Below, one piece after another: positions 1-9,028 of a stretch of 64,000 nt of DNA (positions are counted from its first letter, which is position 1; each line of letters starts with the position of its first letter). Where the stretch lies: positions 3,833-67,832 of the forward strand of contig CAZIPM010000001.1 in assembly GCA_964541395.1 (NCBI GenBank), given 5' to 3'. Below the pieces are notes generated by a model. The model did no database searches, was not told the DNA's origin, and saw only the letters and a program-made list of their open reading frames with translations. Source of the DNA: an uncultured Gammaproteobacteria bacterium. Its GTDB lineage: Bacteria; Patescibacteriota; Microgenomatia; UBA8517. The translations under genes and the position numbers were made by a program.

Positions 1-1038
1 ATTGGCCCATTCGGATATTCTCAAATCGTCAATGTTTTTGTAAATGCCGATTCCTGCTATGTTGTATAGCATGTCTATCTTGTTGTATTTGGAGCTAATT
101 TCTTTAACTAATTTTGTTACTTCTTTTTCTTTTGAAAAATCGCATTCAAAATATGGTTTATTAAGAAGTTCATTTTGCCTGTCAACTCGTATACAAATAA
201 CCCCTTCTTTTTCAAGTTGATTTGCCAAAACATTTCCTATTCCTCCGCCTGCGCCAGTAATAACAGCAATTTTTCCTTTTAGATTTGCCTCGGCAAGTTG
301 CTCAGGAGTATTTACCCCAAACCAAACTGATTCGTCGTTCCATTTAAAACCATTTATTTTACATTGGTTTTGATAGGCAATTTTAACTATATCTGTAAGA
401 TAATACTCGTTTGATAATTCGTTTTTTTGTATTAAATTTATATATTTTTTTATAAATTTTGTTGAGAAACAATATAATCCTGAATTAATTTCAGTAATTA
501 ATTTTTGTTCATCTGTGGCATTTTTTTCTTCAATAATTGTATAAATAACACCTTTTTCATCCCTTGCTATTCTTCCTAAACCAAAAGGGTCACTTTTTGT
601 AATAGTTAATATGCTTAAGTCTGCATATGTATTTAGGTGTGAGGCCAGTAATCCTTTTAGCAATTCTGGAGTATAAAACGCGGAATCATCTCCACACATA
701 ACAATAACATACTCTATATCATCTGAGATTTTTGTTAATCCACATTTAACTGCGTCTGCAGTTCCTCTTCGTTCAGGTTGTTCAGCGTATATTACTGAAT
801 TTTTTAAAACTTTCTTGACTGATTCTTTTGCGTGCCCAACAACAGTTATAACAGTTTGAATACCTGCCCTTTTTATTATTTCTTTTGTATACCAAATCAT
901 TGGCTTACCTTTAAGTTTAAAGGTAACTTTGTTTTTATCGGCTGGAGCTTTCATCCTAGTTCCATTCCCTGCAGCCAAAATAATAACACCTACTTTAGAT
1001 AAATCAGGTATACTGGGTGCGAATGTAGAGTTTACCAT
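1..1038 (-). CDS. GlmU-like sugar-phosphate nucleotidyltransferase fused to an SDR oxidoreductase (runs off window edge)
   Basis: Manual translation from ATG at 1038: IILAAGNGTRMK...KPMI...EQPERRGTADAV...EINSGLYCF...EYYLTDIV...GVNTPEQL, continuing in frame into LKGKIAVITGAGGGIG...IDMLYNIAGI (SDR TGxxxGxG). Confidence 0.85.
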   Translation of the reverse strand, partial: MVNSTFAPSIPDLSKVGVIILAAGNGTRMKAPADKNKVTFKLKGKPMIWYTKEIIKRAGIQTVITVVGHAKESVKKVLKNSVIYAEQPERRGTADAVKCGLTKISDDIEYVIVMCGDDSAFYTPELLKGLLASHLNTYADLSILTITKSDPFGLGRIARDEKGVIYTIIEEKNATDEQKLITEINSGLYCFSTKFIKKYINLIQKNELSNEYYLTDIVKIAYQNQCKINGFKWNDESVWFGVNTPEQLAEANLKGKIAVITGAGGGIGNVLANQLEKEGVICIRVDRQNELLNKPYFECDFSKEKEVTKLVKEISSKYNKIDMLYNIAGIGIYKNIDDLRISEWAN

Positions 1039-1276
1039 CGTGGGGTATTATAGTCCTATAATTATATATTTACAACTATGGGTTATAAAAGTCTCTATTT
1101 ATTATATACAGTATCCCAATTCATTATATTTAGCCACAGTATAAAGAAAAATATATAAAAATACATCTTTTGTTAATCGGTGTGACAACACTTCTAGAAA
1201 CGCGTTATATGTCTTGTGATATGCGTAATACTAAGACATAAAATTGTTTTAGTTGAAAAGGTGATCTTTATACCTT

Positions 1277-1747
1277 GCTAACATCAACCTCGTTCAGTTT
1301 ATTATAGAACTCTTTGCTGAGGCGATTGCCGTAGCAGAGGATGACGCATTCTTTACAGGAACTGGTGTAGGACAACCTACCGGTATTACTACTTACAATA
1401 TTGCTAATGCGCAAATTGCAGGTGCAACTTTAACATTTGATGACATTATTCATCTTTTGGATTTAGTTCCACAAAGAGTAACACAGTCTCCAAGAGCAGC
1501 TTTCGTTGGGCATCGTTACGCAAAAAGAATAGCAAGGGGATTGAAAGATACTAATAACAATTTTATCTGGAGGGATTCTTCGCAGGGTCGTATGAGTGGT
1601 CAGACTGAAAAGTTGTCTGACATGTTATACGGATATCCGTTCTACGAACAGAATGACTTACCTCAATCTGAGTTGTACTTCGGTGACTGGAGCTATTACA
1701 TAATTGGTGACCGACAGACCATGACAGTAAAAACCACGACAGAGGGA
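1277..1747 (+). pseudogene. Internal fragment of an HK97-type phage major capsid protein
   Basis: The frame of ORF 1457-1786 extends upstream to a stop at 1262: ELFAEAIAVAEDDAFFTGTGVGQPTGI...LKDTNNNFIW...LYGYPFYEQNDLP...YFGDWSYYIIGDRQ. These are typical capsid motifs, but the N-terminal half and C-terminal strand are missing. Confidence 0.8.
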
Positions 1748-1961
1748 TTGAACTTCAAATTACAATCGGGTTATTTTTTTTATTGACTTCATGCGTTATA
1801 TTCTGGTCATGTTATTTCAGAAAGACCATACAATCAATAAAGGCAGAGTTCCTTGTGAATATTTATTATTGTACGAAATCAAGTTTTTGGAGATAGCTTC
1901 TTTGGACATCAACCAACTACTTCACAATTTGCATAATTGACAACCGATGTAGAATGAGAAT

Positions 1962-2468
1962 GTGAATATTATATTGGTTGTTGTTTCTTTAGTGTTTTTT
2001 ATTAGCGGTGTATATATTAACCTAAAGGACAATAAAAATCCGGAAAACTTAAACAGTTGGATAGAAAATTCTCCATCATCAACTCCATTTCCAACCGGAT
2101 CGAGAAATGCTATCTCTTCACCCTCTGCTATTGTAAAAGGATCTGTTTCCTCAATTACTGTTCCCGAAGCATCAAAGCCCGCTTCAGACATACTTGGATC
2201 ATTTCAATATCCTAGGTCAAATATAATTTCTAAGACTGAAAGTGAAATGGTGTTGGAAAATTCCGGACAGGAGAACATTGTTACAAATTGGTACAAAAAT
2301 AAAATTGAAAGTCAGAGATATTCGTCAAAAAGTTATGCACTAACAAATACAAATGGGAATATATTAAATAAACTGTCAGCCGCAAAAAATGGAAGTAAGG
2401 TAGAGATTGAAATAAAAAAAGACAGCTCTGAATCAAAAATCCATATAATCATTCGCTTGACAAACTAA
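1962..2468 (+). CDS. Membrane-anchored hypothetical protein with Ser/Pro-rich linker
   Basis: N-terminal hydrophobic helix, SPSSTPFPT linker, small C-terminal domain. Confidence 0.7.
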   Translation: MNIILVVVSLVFFISGVYINLKDNKNPENLNSWIENSPSSTPFPTGSRNAISSPSAIVKGSVSSITVPEASKPASDILGSFQYPRSNIISKTESEMVLENSGQENIVTNWYKNKIESQRYSSKSYALTNTNGNILNKLSAAKNGSKVEIEIKKDSSESKIHIIIRLTN

Positions 2469-2485
2469 AAATCCTTCTGTAACAT
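2457..2485 (+). promoter_or_regulatory. Sigma70-type promoter
   Basis: TTGACA-17 nt-TAACAT upstream of ORF 2521. Confidence 0.55.
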
Positions 2486-2520
2486 TCCAAGAAGTCAAGC
2501 CTGCCTGATGAAAAGTTCAA

Positions 2521-3159
2521 ATGCGTAATTTAAAAATTATACTCGGCAGGATAGTTGAAAACTTCAATAGAATAAACTTTAAAAATTTGCTGGGTAACAA
2601 TGAGTTTGCATTTAATAACCATTCATATAAAAAGATTGTTCCAGTTGTTATCCTTGTTGTTTTCGTTTTGATTACAATAATTCTTGTTTTCTATCTTGTT
2701 AGAAATTCAAAAAACCCTAGCGAAATAATCATTAAAGATGCTAAGGATGTTTATAACGTAGAGAAAGAGTTTTTATTTCCTATTTTTGATGATAAAGGTA
2801 AAGAAGTCTATAAGTTGAAATACATTATTCAGAATGTGGAGAAGAGGGATGAAATTGTAGTTAAAGGTCAAAGAGCAAGATCGGTTAAGGGAAGAACATT
2901 TCTTATTGTTAATATAAAAATAGTAAATGATTTCAATCAACCAATTACAATTCAGTCAAGGGATTATGTCAGATTTTCCCTAAATGGAGATAAAAATCAA
3001 TGGTTGGCTCCGGATATTCACAATGATCCGATTGAGATTCAGGCAATCTCCACAAAACTAATAAGAGTAGGTTTGGCTGTGAATGATTCCGACAATAATA
3101 TAGTCCTTCGTGTTGGAGAAATAAATGGAAATAAAACTGAAATTGAGGTAAAGATTTAA
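2521..3159 (+). CDS. Single-TM extracytoplasmic protein (possibly DUF4352-like Ig fold)
   Basis: One TM helix, then a beta-rich domain with GRTFLIVNIKIVN. Confidence 0.6.
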   Translation: MRNLKIILGRIVENFNRINFKNLLGNNEFAFNNHSYKKIVPVVILVVFVLITIILVFYLVRNSKNPSEIIIKDAKDVYNVEKEFLFPIFDDKGKEVYKLKYIIQNVEKRDEIVVKGQRARSVKGRTFLIVNIKIVNDFNQPITIQSRDYVRFSLNGDKNQWLAPDIHNDPIEIQAISTKLIRVGLAVNDSDNNIVLRVGEINGNKTEIEVKI

Positions 3160-3160
3160 A

Positions 3161-3346
3161 ATGAGTGATCCATATGCAACAAATAATGTCTCTCCACTAT
3201 TAATCGCAGAATTAACCAGGGCTTTGGAAAGTGTCAACGATTATGGCAGCGTGGAAATAATAATACAGGGTGGTATCGTTACTCAGATCAGTACCAGAAA
3301 AATTAGAAAGACCAGTGCCCAGGCTAAGTCAAATAATAACTCTTGA
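3161..3346 (+). CDS. YezD/DUF2292-like small protein
   Basis: 61 aa with YGSVEIIIQGGIVTQISTRKIRK, matching the YezD-type GSVxIxxxxGxVxQI pattern. Confidence 0.75.
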   Translation: MSDPYATNNVSPLLIAELTRALESVNDYGSVEIIIQGGIVTQISTRKIRKTSAQAKSNNNS

Positions 3347-3371
3347 CAAGCCTAAAATATTTAGCTATAAG
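3343..3371 (+). promoter_or_regulatory. Sigma70 promoter for the repeat-protein/sortase operon
   Basis: TTGACA(3343)-17 nt-TATAAG(3366). Confidence 0.7.
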
Positions 3372-3409
3372 TTATTATTACATTAACATTATAAGCTAAG
3401 GATTTATAA

Positions 3410-3489
3410 GCTGACCGCGAACGGAGGCTTTCTTCCCTCAATTGATTTTGGGGAAAGGAAGCCTCCGTTTTCGTTTGTAACGGAAACGG
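3410..3489 (+). promoter_or_regulatory. Structured leader: GCTGACCG-N4-CGGAGGC motif overlapping a terminator-like hairpin
   Basis: Motif at 3410-3428. AACGGAGGCTT(3420-3430) pairs with AAGCCTCCGTT(3459-3469), followed by TTCGTTT. Alternative hairpin at 3465-3489. Confidence 0.7.
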
Positions 3490-3563
3490 TTTTAAAGTGC
3501 TCTCTTAAACCAGGTACTGAAAAGTAGCTGGGGAGAACAAATGAAAGGGGGTGAATAATATAA

Positions 3564-4823
3564 ATGAATAAATACCAAAAAGCAGTAACAGCTGCTGTAG
3601 CGGCTGGAACATTATTACTTCAAAGTTTTATGCCCATTTTTGCGGCAACGATAATAATTTCTGGAAACGGAACTGATTCCGACAATACAGCAGATGTAGA
3701 ATTAAATCACTCAGTAAGTGTTACTCAATCAAATTATGCGGACGTTAAAAACGATGTTGACGCATCAGCGACAACAGGTAAAAACGAAGCCGAGGGTAAT
3801 ACCGGAGGCGATGTTTCTATCGAAACAGGTAGCGCAGATACAACAGTAAATGTAAGCAACGATTTGAATAAAAACGTAGCTAATGTAGACTGCTGTGGAG
3901 CAACTGATTTTGAAGTCGAAATTTCCGGAAACGGAAAAGACTCAGATAATAAAGTTGACCTGGATTATAACGAAAAAACTTCTGCAGTAACAGTTTCACA
4001 AGAAAATTATGCAGATGTTGAAAACGATATAGATGCAACCTCTTCTACTGGTAAAAACGAAGCTGAAGACAACACGGGTGGAAATGTTTCTATTGAAACC
4101 GGTGCTGCAACAACTGAAGTTACCGTAGGAACGGCAGCTAATGTCAACTCCGCAAGAGTAGGAGGTGGCTCATCACAAGGTGGGTCAGTTTCAGCTCTAA
4201 TCTTGGGTAACGGCAAGGACAGCGACAACAAGATCGACCTAGATCTTAGTAGCTGGGTAGCCTTATACCAGGATAATTATGCAGATGTTGATAATGATAT
4301 CGACGCTGCAGCTTACACAGGTAAAAACGAAGCAGAAGACAATACCGGAGGTGAAGTATCCATAGAGACCGGAAAAGCAGACGTAACCGTTGAAGTAGAC
4401 AATTCAGTAAACTTCAACTTTGCAGATGCCAATTGTGGATGCTTATTAGAAGATCTTTTGGCTAAAATCGCTGGAAACGGAGTAGACTCCGAAAACAAGA
4501 TTGAAGCTGAAATAGGATCAGGACTTTCTGTAGATCAAAGCAACTGTGGAAGTGAAGAGAAAAAGTCTGAAGATTGTGAGTTAGACAACGATGTTGATGC
4601 ATTTGCAGGTACTGGCTTGAACGAGGCAGAGGATAATACCGGAGAACCGGGCGATGATCCTTCAATCGAAACTGGCGCAGCGGCTTCGACCGTTGAGTTA
4701 GGCAATTCAGGCAATACAAATGTATACGGTGCGAGTGATGACTGGGAATTACCAGGATTCGATTTCAATCTAAACTTTTCTTTCAGTTTATCTGAACTGT
4801 TAGATTTGTTAGGACTGAACTAA
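3564..4823 (+). CDS. Secreted acidic NTGG-repeat protein (4 repeats), putative major surface/fibre subunit
   Basis: Signal peptide, strong SD (GAAAGGGGGTGA), four GNGxDSxN...TGKNEAEDNTGG.VSIETG repeats. Confidence 0.8.
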   Translation: MNKYQKAVTAAVAAGTLLLQSFMPIFAATIIISGNGTDSDNTADVELNHSVSVTQSNYADVKNDVDASATTGKNEAEGNTGGDVSIETGSADTTVNVSNDLNKNVANVDCCGATDFEVEISGNGKDSDNKVDLDYNEKTSAVTVSQENYADVENDIDATSSTGKNEAEDNTGGNVSIETGAATTEVTVGTAANVNSARVGGGSSQGGSVSALILGNGKDSDNKIDLDLSSWVALYQDNYADVDNDIDAAAYTGKNEAEDNTGGEVSIETGKADVTVEVDNSVNFNFADANCGCLLEDLLAKIAGNGVDSENKIEAEIGSGLSVDQSNCGSEEKKSEDCELDNDVDAFAGTGLNEAEDNTGEPGDDPSIETGAAASTVELGNSGNTNVYGASDDWELPGFDFNLNFSFSLSELLDLLGLN

Positions 4824-4838
4824 ACCGTACTTTTGGGA

Positions 4839-4878
4839 TCTGGAGGGATTAAGCTTGCACTTAGCTAATCTCTCCGGA
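4839..4878 (+). other. Intergenic hairpin without U-tract (possible mRNA stabiliser)
   Basis: TCTGGAGGGATT...AATCTCTCCGGA pairing with G-U pairs. Confidence 0.55.
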
Positions 4879-4927
4879 ACCAGAAGACGAAAGTAAAAAA
4901 AATAAGAAGTTAAAAAAGAATAACAAA

Positions 4928-7213
4928 ATGACGGAAATTAAAAGAATATTTACGGGGTTACTTATTGGAATATTATTAATAGCCAATAATTCGTTTGTGC
5001 TGGCAATTGAACCTCCACCTGCAGCAACTCCACCACCTGCAGCAACTCCTCCGCCAGCGGCGACACCACCGTCTTCCACTATTAATCCTGTGGCAACTAT
5101 TACTCCACCACCTGCAGCAACTCCACCGCCAGCCTGGACACCTGCTGCAACAACAACAAATTCTCCGCAAGCATCCGGAGCGGGAGCTACAGCTACACCA
5201 AAACCAACCAAAACGCCAAAACCGGCAACTCCGACTCCTGCTCCTGCAGCGATTACATCAGGACAACCAACTCCTTCAAGTTCAACAAATGAACTAGTGG
5301 CACCCGTTAACAGTGAAGATACAGGAGGTCAGGATGGGGATGGAGGATTTGGTGCAACAATTACTACCTCTGATGCAAATAATACCGGAGCAATTGCCAA
5401 TAATGTTAATAGTAATCTTGCCGTAGTCTCAGGTGACGGCAGTAGTGGAGCGACGGTTGTAAATTCCGGAAATGGAAGTAATTCCACCAATTCAGGATCA
5501 TTATCTATTACAGGAGGAGACAATACAAATCAAATAAATAGCGCTGTAGTTAATAATAATTTGGCTTTAGTTTCGGACAGCGGAGACAATTCCGCTTCAG
5601 GTAATACCGGAGGAGATTCCGTAATATCAACCGGGAATGCAAATGTCACAGGTACAATAATCAATTCAGTTAATACAAATGTTTCTGGGATAAATGTGGC
5701 TGAATTTAACATAGTTGAGGATCACATGGGTGATCTTATCTTGGATTTTTCAGGAGCTTGCCCAATAAGTGGTTGTATCGGGTCAATTTACAATGTTGCA
5801 AACATTGATAATGGGTCAGGGTCAACGAACACAGCCTCCATTGATTCGGTAATTGATAATACAACTTTCCAGAATAATGACGCTACTGTTGAGAATAATA
5901 TGACTTTAGTTGCCGAAAGCGGTGAAAATAAAACGAACTATAATACGGGAGGCGATTCGTCTATAACAACAGGTGACGCAAACGTATCTGCAAATATTAT
6001 GAATTTTGTCAACAATAACATAGCAGGAGGAGTAGTCTATGCAGTTGTAAATATTTTCGGAGAATTGATCGGCGATATAATATTACCAGGTGGTATTTCA
6101 ATACCATGTTGTTTAGGGAGCAGCGATATTAATGCAATTAATTCGGATAACGGTTCAAATTCAACCAATAATATTAATTTGGATATTACCGATAACACAA
6201 ATTATGATCAATTTAACTCGGTAGACATAACCAATAACCTTATCTTTGATGCCAACTCAGGAAGAAATGAAACAAGTGATAATACTGCCGGAAGTTCGTC
6301 TGTAAAAACAGGGAATACTTCAGTTGACGCGCAGGTATTAAATATTGCCAATACGAATATAATCGGGGGAAATTGGTGGTTGGTACTGGTTAATGAGGCA
6401 GGAAACTGGGTAGGAAAAATATTAGGTGCTGACGGGCAATCTTTCGGAGGTTCCGACGGATTTAACTTTACTGTCAATGAATCAGGAGAGATTACAGTTA
6501 TGAATTCAGGTAACGGCAGTGACACAAATAATACTGTAAATGTTAGCGAAACTACAAATAATTCAGTTACTCAAAACAACACTGCAACTTTGGTAAATAA
6601 TGTAAATCTGACTGCTGACAGCGGACACAACTCAGCTTCGAGTAACACCGGAGGTAATTCATCAATCCAAACTGGTGATGCAAATATAGTCGCCAACATC
6701 GTAAACTTTGTGAATAATAATATTATTGGATCGGGTAAACTATTCGTAACAGTTGTTAACGTATTTGGAAATTGGATTGGTGATTTCAAAGGACCGGGTT
6801 TTGAAGAAAATATTGAAGATAATTCTGATTTGGCAATCGGAGGAGCGGAAGTTAATAATTCGGCGTCTAATGAAAATTTAAATGAAAATAGCAATCAAGA
6901 TAATAATATTCCATCTACAACCAACAGTCTCTCAAGATTTGTTAATGACCCGGTTAATGCGTGGAATAGTGCTAATAATGATGTCATCTCAAATTCAACA
7001 AACGAGTCCCTTACATCCGCCGGTCAGAAAGTTGCTAAGATATTAGGTTCATCTACAGTTACGAAAGATTCAAATGGAAAAAAGAAAGTTACCATAAATC
7101 TTGCCTGGCTACTGTTAGGTTTGTTCCCATTGGGATTAACAACAGGAGTATTAAGAAGAAGACAGTATATAAAAAATATAATCCTTAAATACAGGAGTAA
7201 TGGGAAAACTTAG
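4928..7213 (+). CDS. Secreted NTGG-repeat protein with Pro/Thr-rich N-terminus and C-terminal TM anchor
   Basis: Signal peptide, PPPAAT repeats, four NGS.S.N...NTGG...I.TG.ANV repeats, C-terminal LAWLLLGLFPLGLTTGVL-RRR. Confidence 0.8.
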   Translation: MTEIKRIFTGLLIGILLIANNSFVLAIEPPPAATPPPAATPPPAATPPSSTINPVATITPPPAATPPPAWTPAATTTNSPQASGAGATATPKPTKTPKPATPTPAPAAITSGQPTPSSSTNELVAPVNSEDTGGQDGDGGFGATITTSDANNTGAIANNVNSNLAVVSGDGSSGATVVNSGNGSNSTNSGSLSITGGDNTNQINSAVVNNNLALVSDSGDNSASGNTGGDSVISTGNANVTGTIINSVNTNVSGINVAEFNIVEDHMGDLILDFSGACPISGCIGSIYNVANIDNGSGSTNTASIDSVIDNTTFQNNDATVENNMTLVAESGENKTNYNTGGDSSITTGDANVSANIMNFVNNNIAGGVVYAVVNIFGELIGDIILPGGISIPCCLGSSDINAINSDNGSNSTNNINLDITDNTNYDQFNSVDITNNLIFDANSGRNETSDNTAGSSSVKTGNTSVDAQVLNIANTNIIGGNWWLVLVNEAGNWVGKILGADGQSFGGSDGFNFTVNESGEITVMNSGNGSDTNNTVNVSETTNNSVTQNNTATLVNNVNLTADSGHNSASSNTGGNSSIQTGDANIVANIVNFVNNNIIGSGKLFVTVVNVFGNWIGDFKGPGFEENIEDNSDLAIGGAEVNNSASNENLNENSNQDNNIPSTTNSLSRFVNDPVNAWNSANNDVISNSTNESLTSAGQKVAKILGSSTVTKDSNGKKKVTINLAWLLLGLFPLGLTTGVLRRRQYIKNIILKYRSNGKT
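5011..5150 (+). repeat. Degenerate 18-bp tandem repeat encoding PPPAAT
   Basis: CCACCTGCAGCAACT units recur, giving PPPAAT x3 then PPPAAT/PPPAWT. Confidence 0.8.
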
Positions 7214-8381
7214 AAAAGTCCTAATCATCCTGCCTCAAATAACCTTAATTTTAGCCGGGATGTTTTCTCCGTTCACACGTGTTGCATACGCAACAGAAAT
7301 AATAGTAACTGGAAACGGTGACGGTTCAACCAGTGAAGTCAACACTGCAATTAATTCTACAACTTCCATAACTCAGAACAATGATGCTAATGTTAATAAC
7401 GATATTAATTCATCAGCATCAACAGGGGGAAACGAAGCAAATGGCAATGTCCAAGCAGTAAGTATTCAAACCGGAAATATAAATAATAGTGTTGAAGTAA
7501 ACAATAACTTAAATAATTCAATTGCAACAATTGACTGCTGCCCATCCAATGGAAGCACTTTTACAATCTCAGCTAACGGAACCGAAAGTGTAAATTCAAT
7601 TGAGGTTAATAGTGAATCGACAAATACGTATTCAATCAATCAAACCGCAATCATCAGAAATAATATCTTGGGATATTCCAACACCGGTGGTAATTCGGCA
7701 AATAACAATAGCGGTAGTGTGTCGATAGAAACCGGAAATATAGATTCAAAAAGTAAAATCATAAATGATCCGATAAACCAGTATTATTTAAAAGCTGGGG
7801 TTATTAAACCCAATTTTTCAGCATTAGTTTCTGAAAATGGCGCGGGTAGCGAAAACTATGTATCTTTAAATATTTTACACAATAATTCTATAACAATTAA
7901 CAATTTTTTTAGTGTTGACAACAATCTTGATTGGCAGCTAGTGACAGGTGATAATACTGCGAACAATAACTTAGGAAATGTTTTTATAAAAACAGGAAAT
8001 ATAATGTTTGATACAGTTATTAGAAATGCTGCCAATATTGGTGGAGTTAATTTAACTTGTTGCAAGGCCTTCAGAGACGATCAAGATCCCCCAGATGATG
8101 AAGAAATACCAGATGATAAAGAAGTACCAGATGATGAAAGAGAGGCTACCCCTACTCCTAAACCTACAAATGGAATAGGCGGAAGCTCGGTTTTAAACTC
8201 AGCTTCATCAGATAGTGGAGGTGTCAGTCCATCGGTACTTGGTCTTTCGGACACTTCAAGTCCGGCAATGAGCCTTATTAGATTATTAGTCGGAACTTTA
8301 ACTGCTCTATTGGGATTTATTATAGTTAGCCAAAAATTGTATGCTTACAAAAAAGCTCTTCAAATATATATTAAAGTTTAA
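7200..8381 (+). CDS. Secreted NTGG-repeat protein (3 repeats) with putative sortase sorting signal
   Basis: Signal peptide, three repeats, acidic PDDEEI/PDDKEV/PDDERE linker, VLG-LSDTS followed by a TM helix and basic tail. Confidence 0.75.
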   Translation: MGKLRKVLIILPQITLILAGMFSPFTRVAYATEIIVTGNGDGSTSEVNTAINSTTSITQNNDANVNNDINSSASTGGNEANGNVQAVSIQTGNINNSVEVNNNLNNSIATIDCCPSNGSTFTISANGTESVNSIEVNSESTNTYSINQTAIIRNNILGYSNTGGNSANNNSGSVSIETGNIDSKSKIINDPINQYYLKAGVIKPNFSALVSENGAGSENYVSLNILHNNSITINNFFSVDNNLDWQLVTGDNTANNNLGNVFIKTGNIMFDTVIRNAANIGGVNLTCCKAFRDDQDPPDDEEIPDDKEVPDDEREATPTPKPTNGIGGSSVLNSASSDSGGVSPSVLGLSDTSSPAMSLIRLLVGTLTALLGFIIVSQKLYAYKKALQIYIKV

Positions 8382-8988
8382 AAAACTCGTTTCTAAACCA
8401 AAATTTAAGATTAGGTTAAAAAAACTTAAGGTTGGGAAATACCCATTTTCTTTAGGTTTAGCCCTTCTGATTTTTGGTGGATTTTTATTAGTTGGAAATG
8501 GAGTTAATAAAAATAAAGCAGCATATACATTTGCAACAGAACCTGTGAAGATTGAAGGGTTTAACCAAATTAAGAATCAAGAAGGTACTGAAGAACCTGT
8601 CAAGATTATTATACCGAAAGCTGGTATTGATCTTCCTGTAAAAAGATCAGAGGTAATTAACGGTTATTGGGAAGTATTTCAGGATACTGCTGGATGGGGG
8701 ATAGGGTCAGGTTTTCCGGGAAAAATCGGCAATCAGGTAATTTTTGCCCATGCAAGGGAAGGTTTGTTTTTACCTCTTAATAAATTGAAAAAAAATGACA
8801 GAATATATGTCCATACCAAAAGTTCTTGGTTTTCATATTATGTTATCGATATTAAAAGTGTAGCTCCTAACCAATTGGAAGTAATTGCACCCACCCAAGA
8901 TGAAACTCTGACACTTTATACATGTAGCGGTTATAAAGACTCGTACAGACTTATAATTGTTGCAAAACGTGAGGACCCCTTGTTCTAA
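8341..8988 (+). CDS. Sortase
   Basis: TM anchor, IIIPKAGIDLPV, GNQVIFAH (His), TLTLYTC (Cys), YRLIIVA (Arg). Confidence 0.9.
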   Translation: MLTKKLFKYILKFKKLVSKPKFKIRLKKLKVGKYPFSLGLALLIFGGFLLVGNGVNKNKAAYTFATEPVKIEGFNQIKNQEGTEEPVKIIIPKAGIDLPVKRSEVINGYWEVFQDTAGWGIGSGFPGKIGNQVIFAHAREGLFLPLNKLKKNDRIYVHTKSSWFSYYVIDIKSVAPNQLEVIAPTQDETLTLYTCSGYKDSYRLIIVAKREDPLF

Positions 8989-9001
8989 TCAAGGGGTCCT
9001 C
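8971..9001. terminator. Hairpin between convergent genes
   Basis: Perfect 12-bp stem GAGGACCCCTTG/CAAGGGGTCCTC with 7-nt loop. No clear U-tract. Confidence 0.65.
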
Positions 9002-9028
9002 TAGACAAAACGACTACACTTTATACGA

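Noticed and set aside
929-1144. 71-aa + strand ORF
   Set aside because: Antisense to the start of the GlmU-like gene, with no motif
1457-1786. 109-aa ORF as a complete gene
   Set aside because: It is an internal part of a longer capsid-like frame, and the TTG start falls mid-domain
1791-1940. 49-codon ORF (MRYILVML...)
   Set aside because: Short, no recognisable motif or RBS
3564-4823. Recurring DNA words (GGTAAAAACGAAGC, AATTATGCAGATGTTGA) as a CRISPR or DGR repeat
   Set aside because: They are in-frame protein repeats about 260-300 nt apart. No cas or reverse transcriptase gene, and no adenine-specific variation
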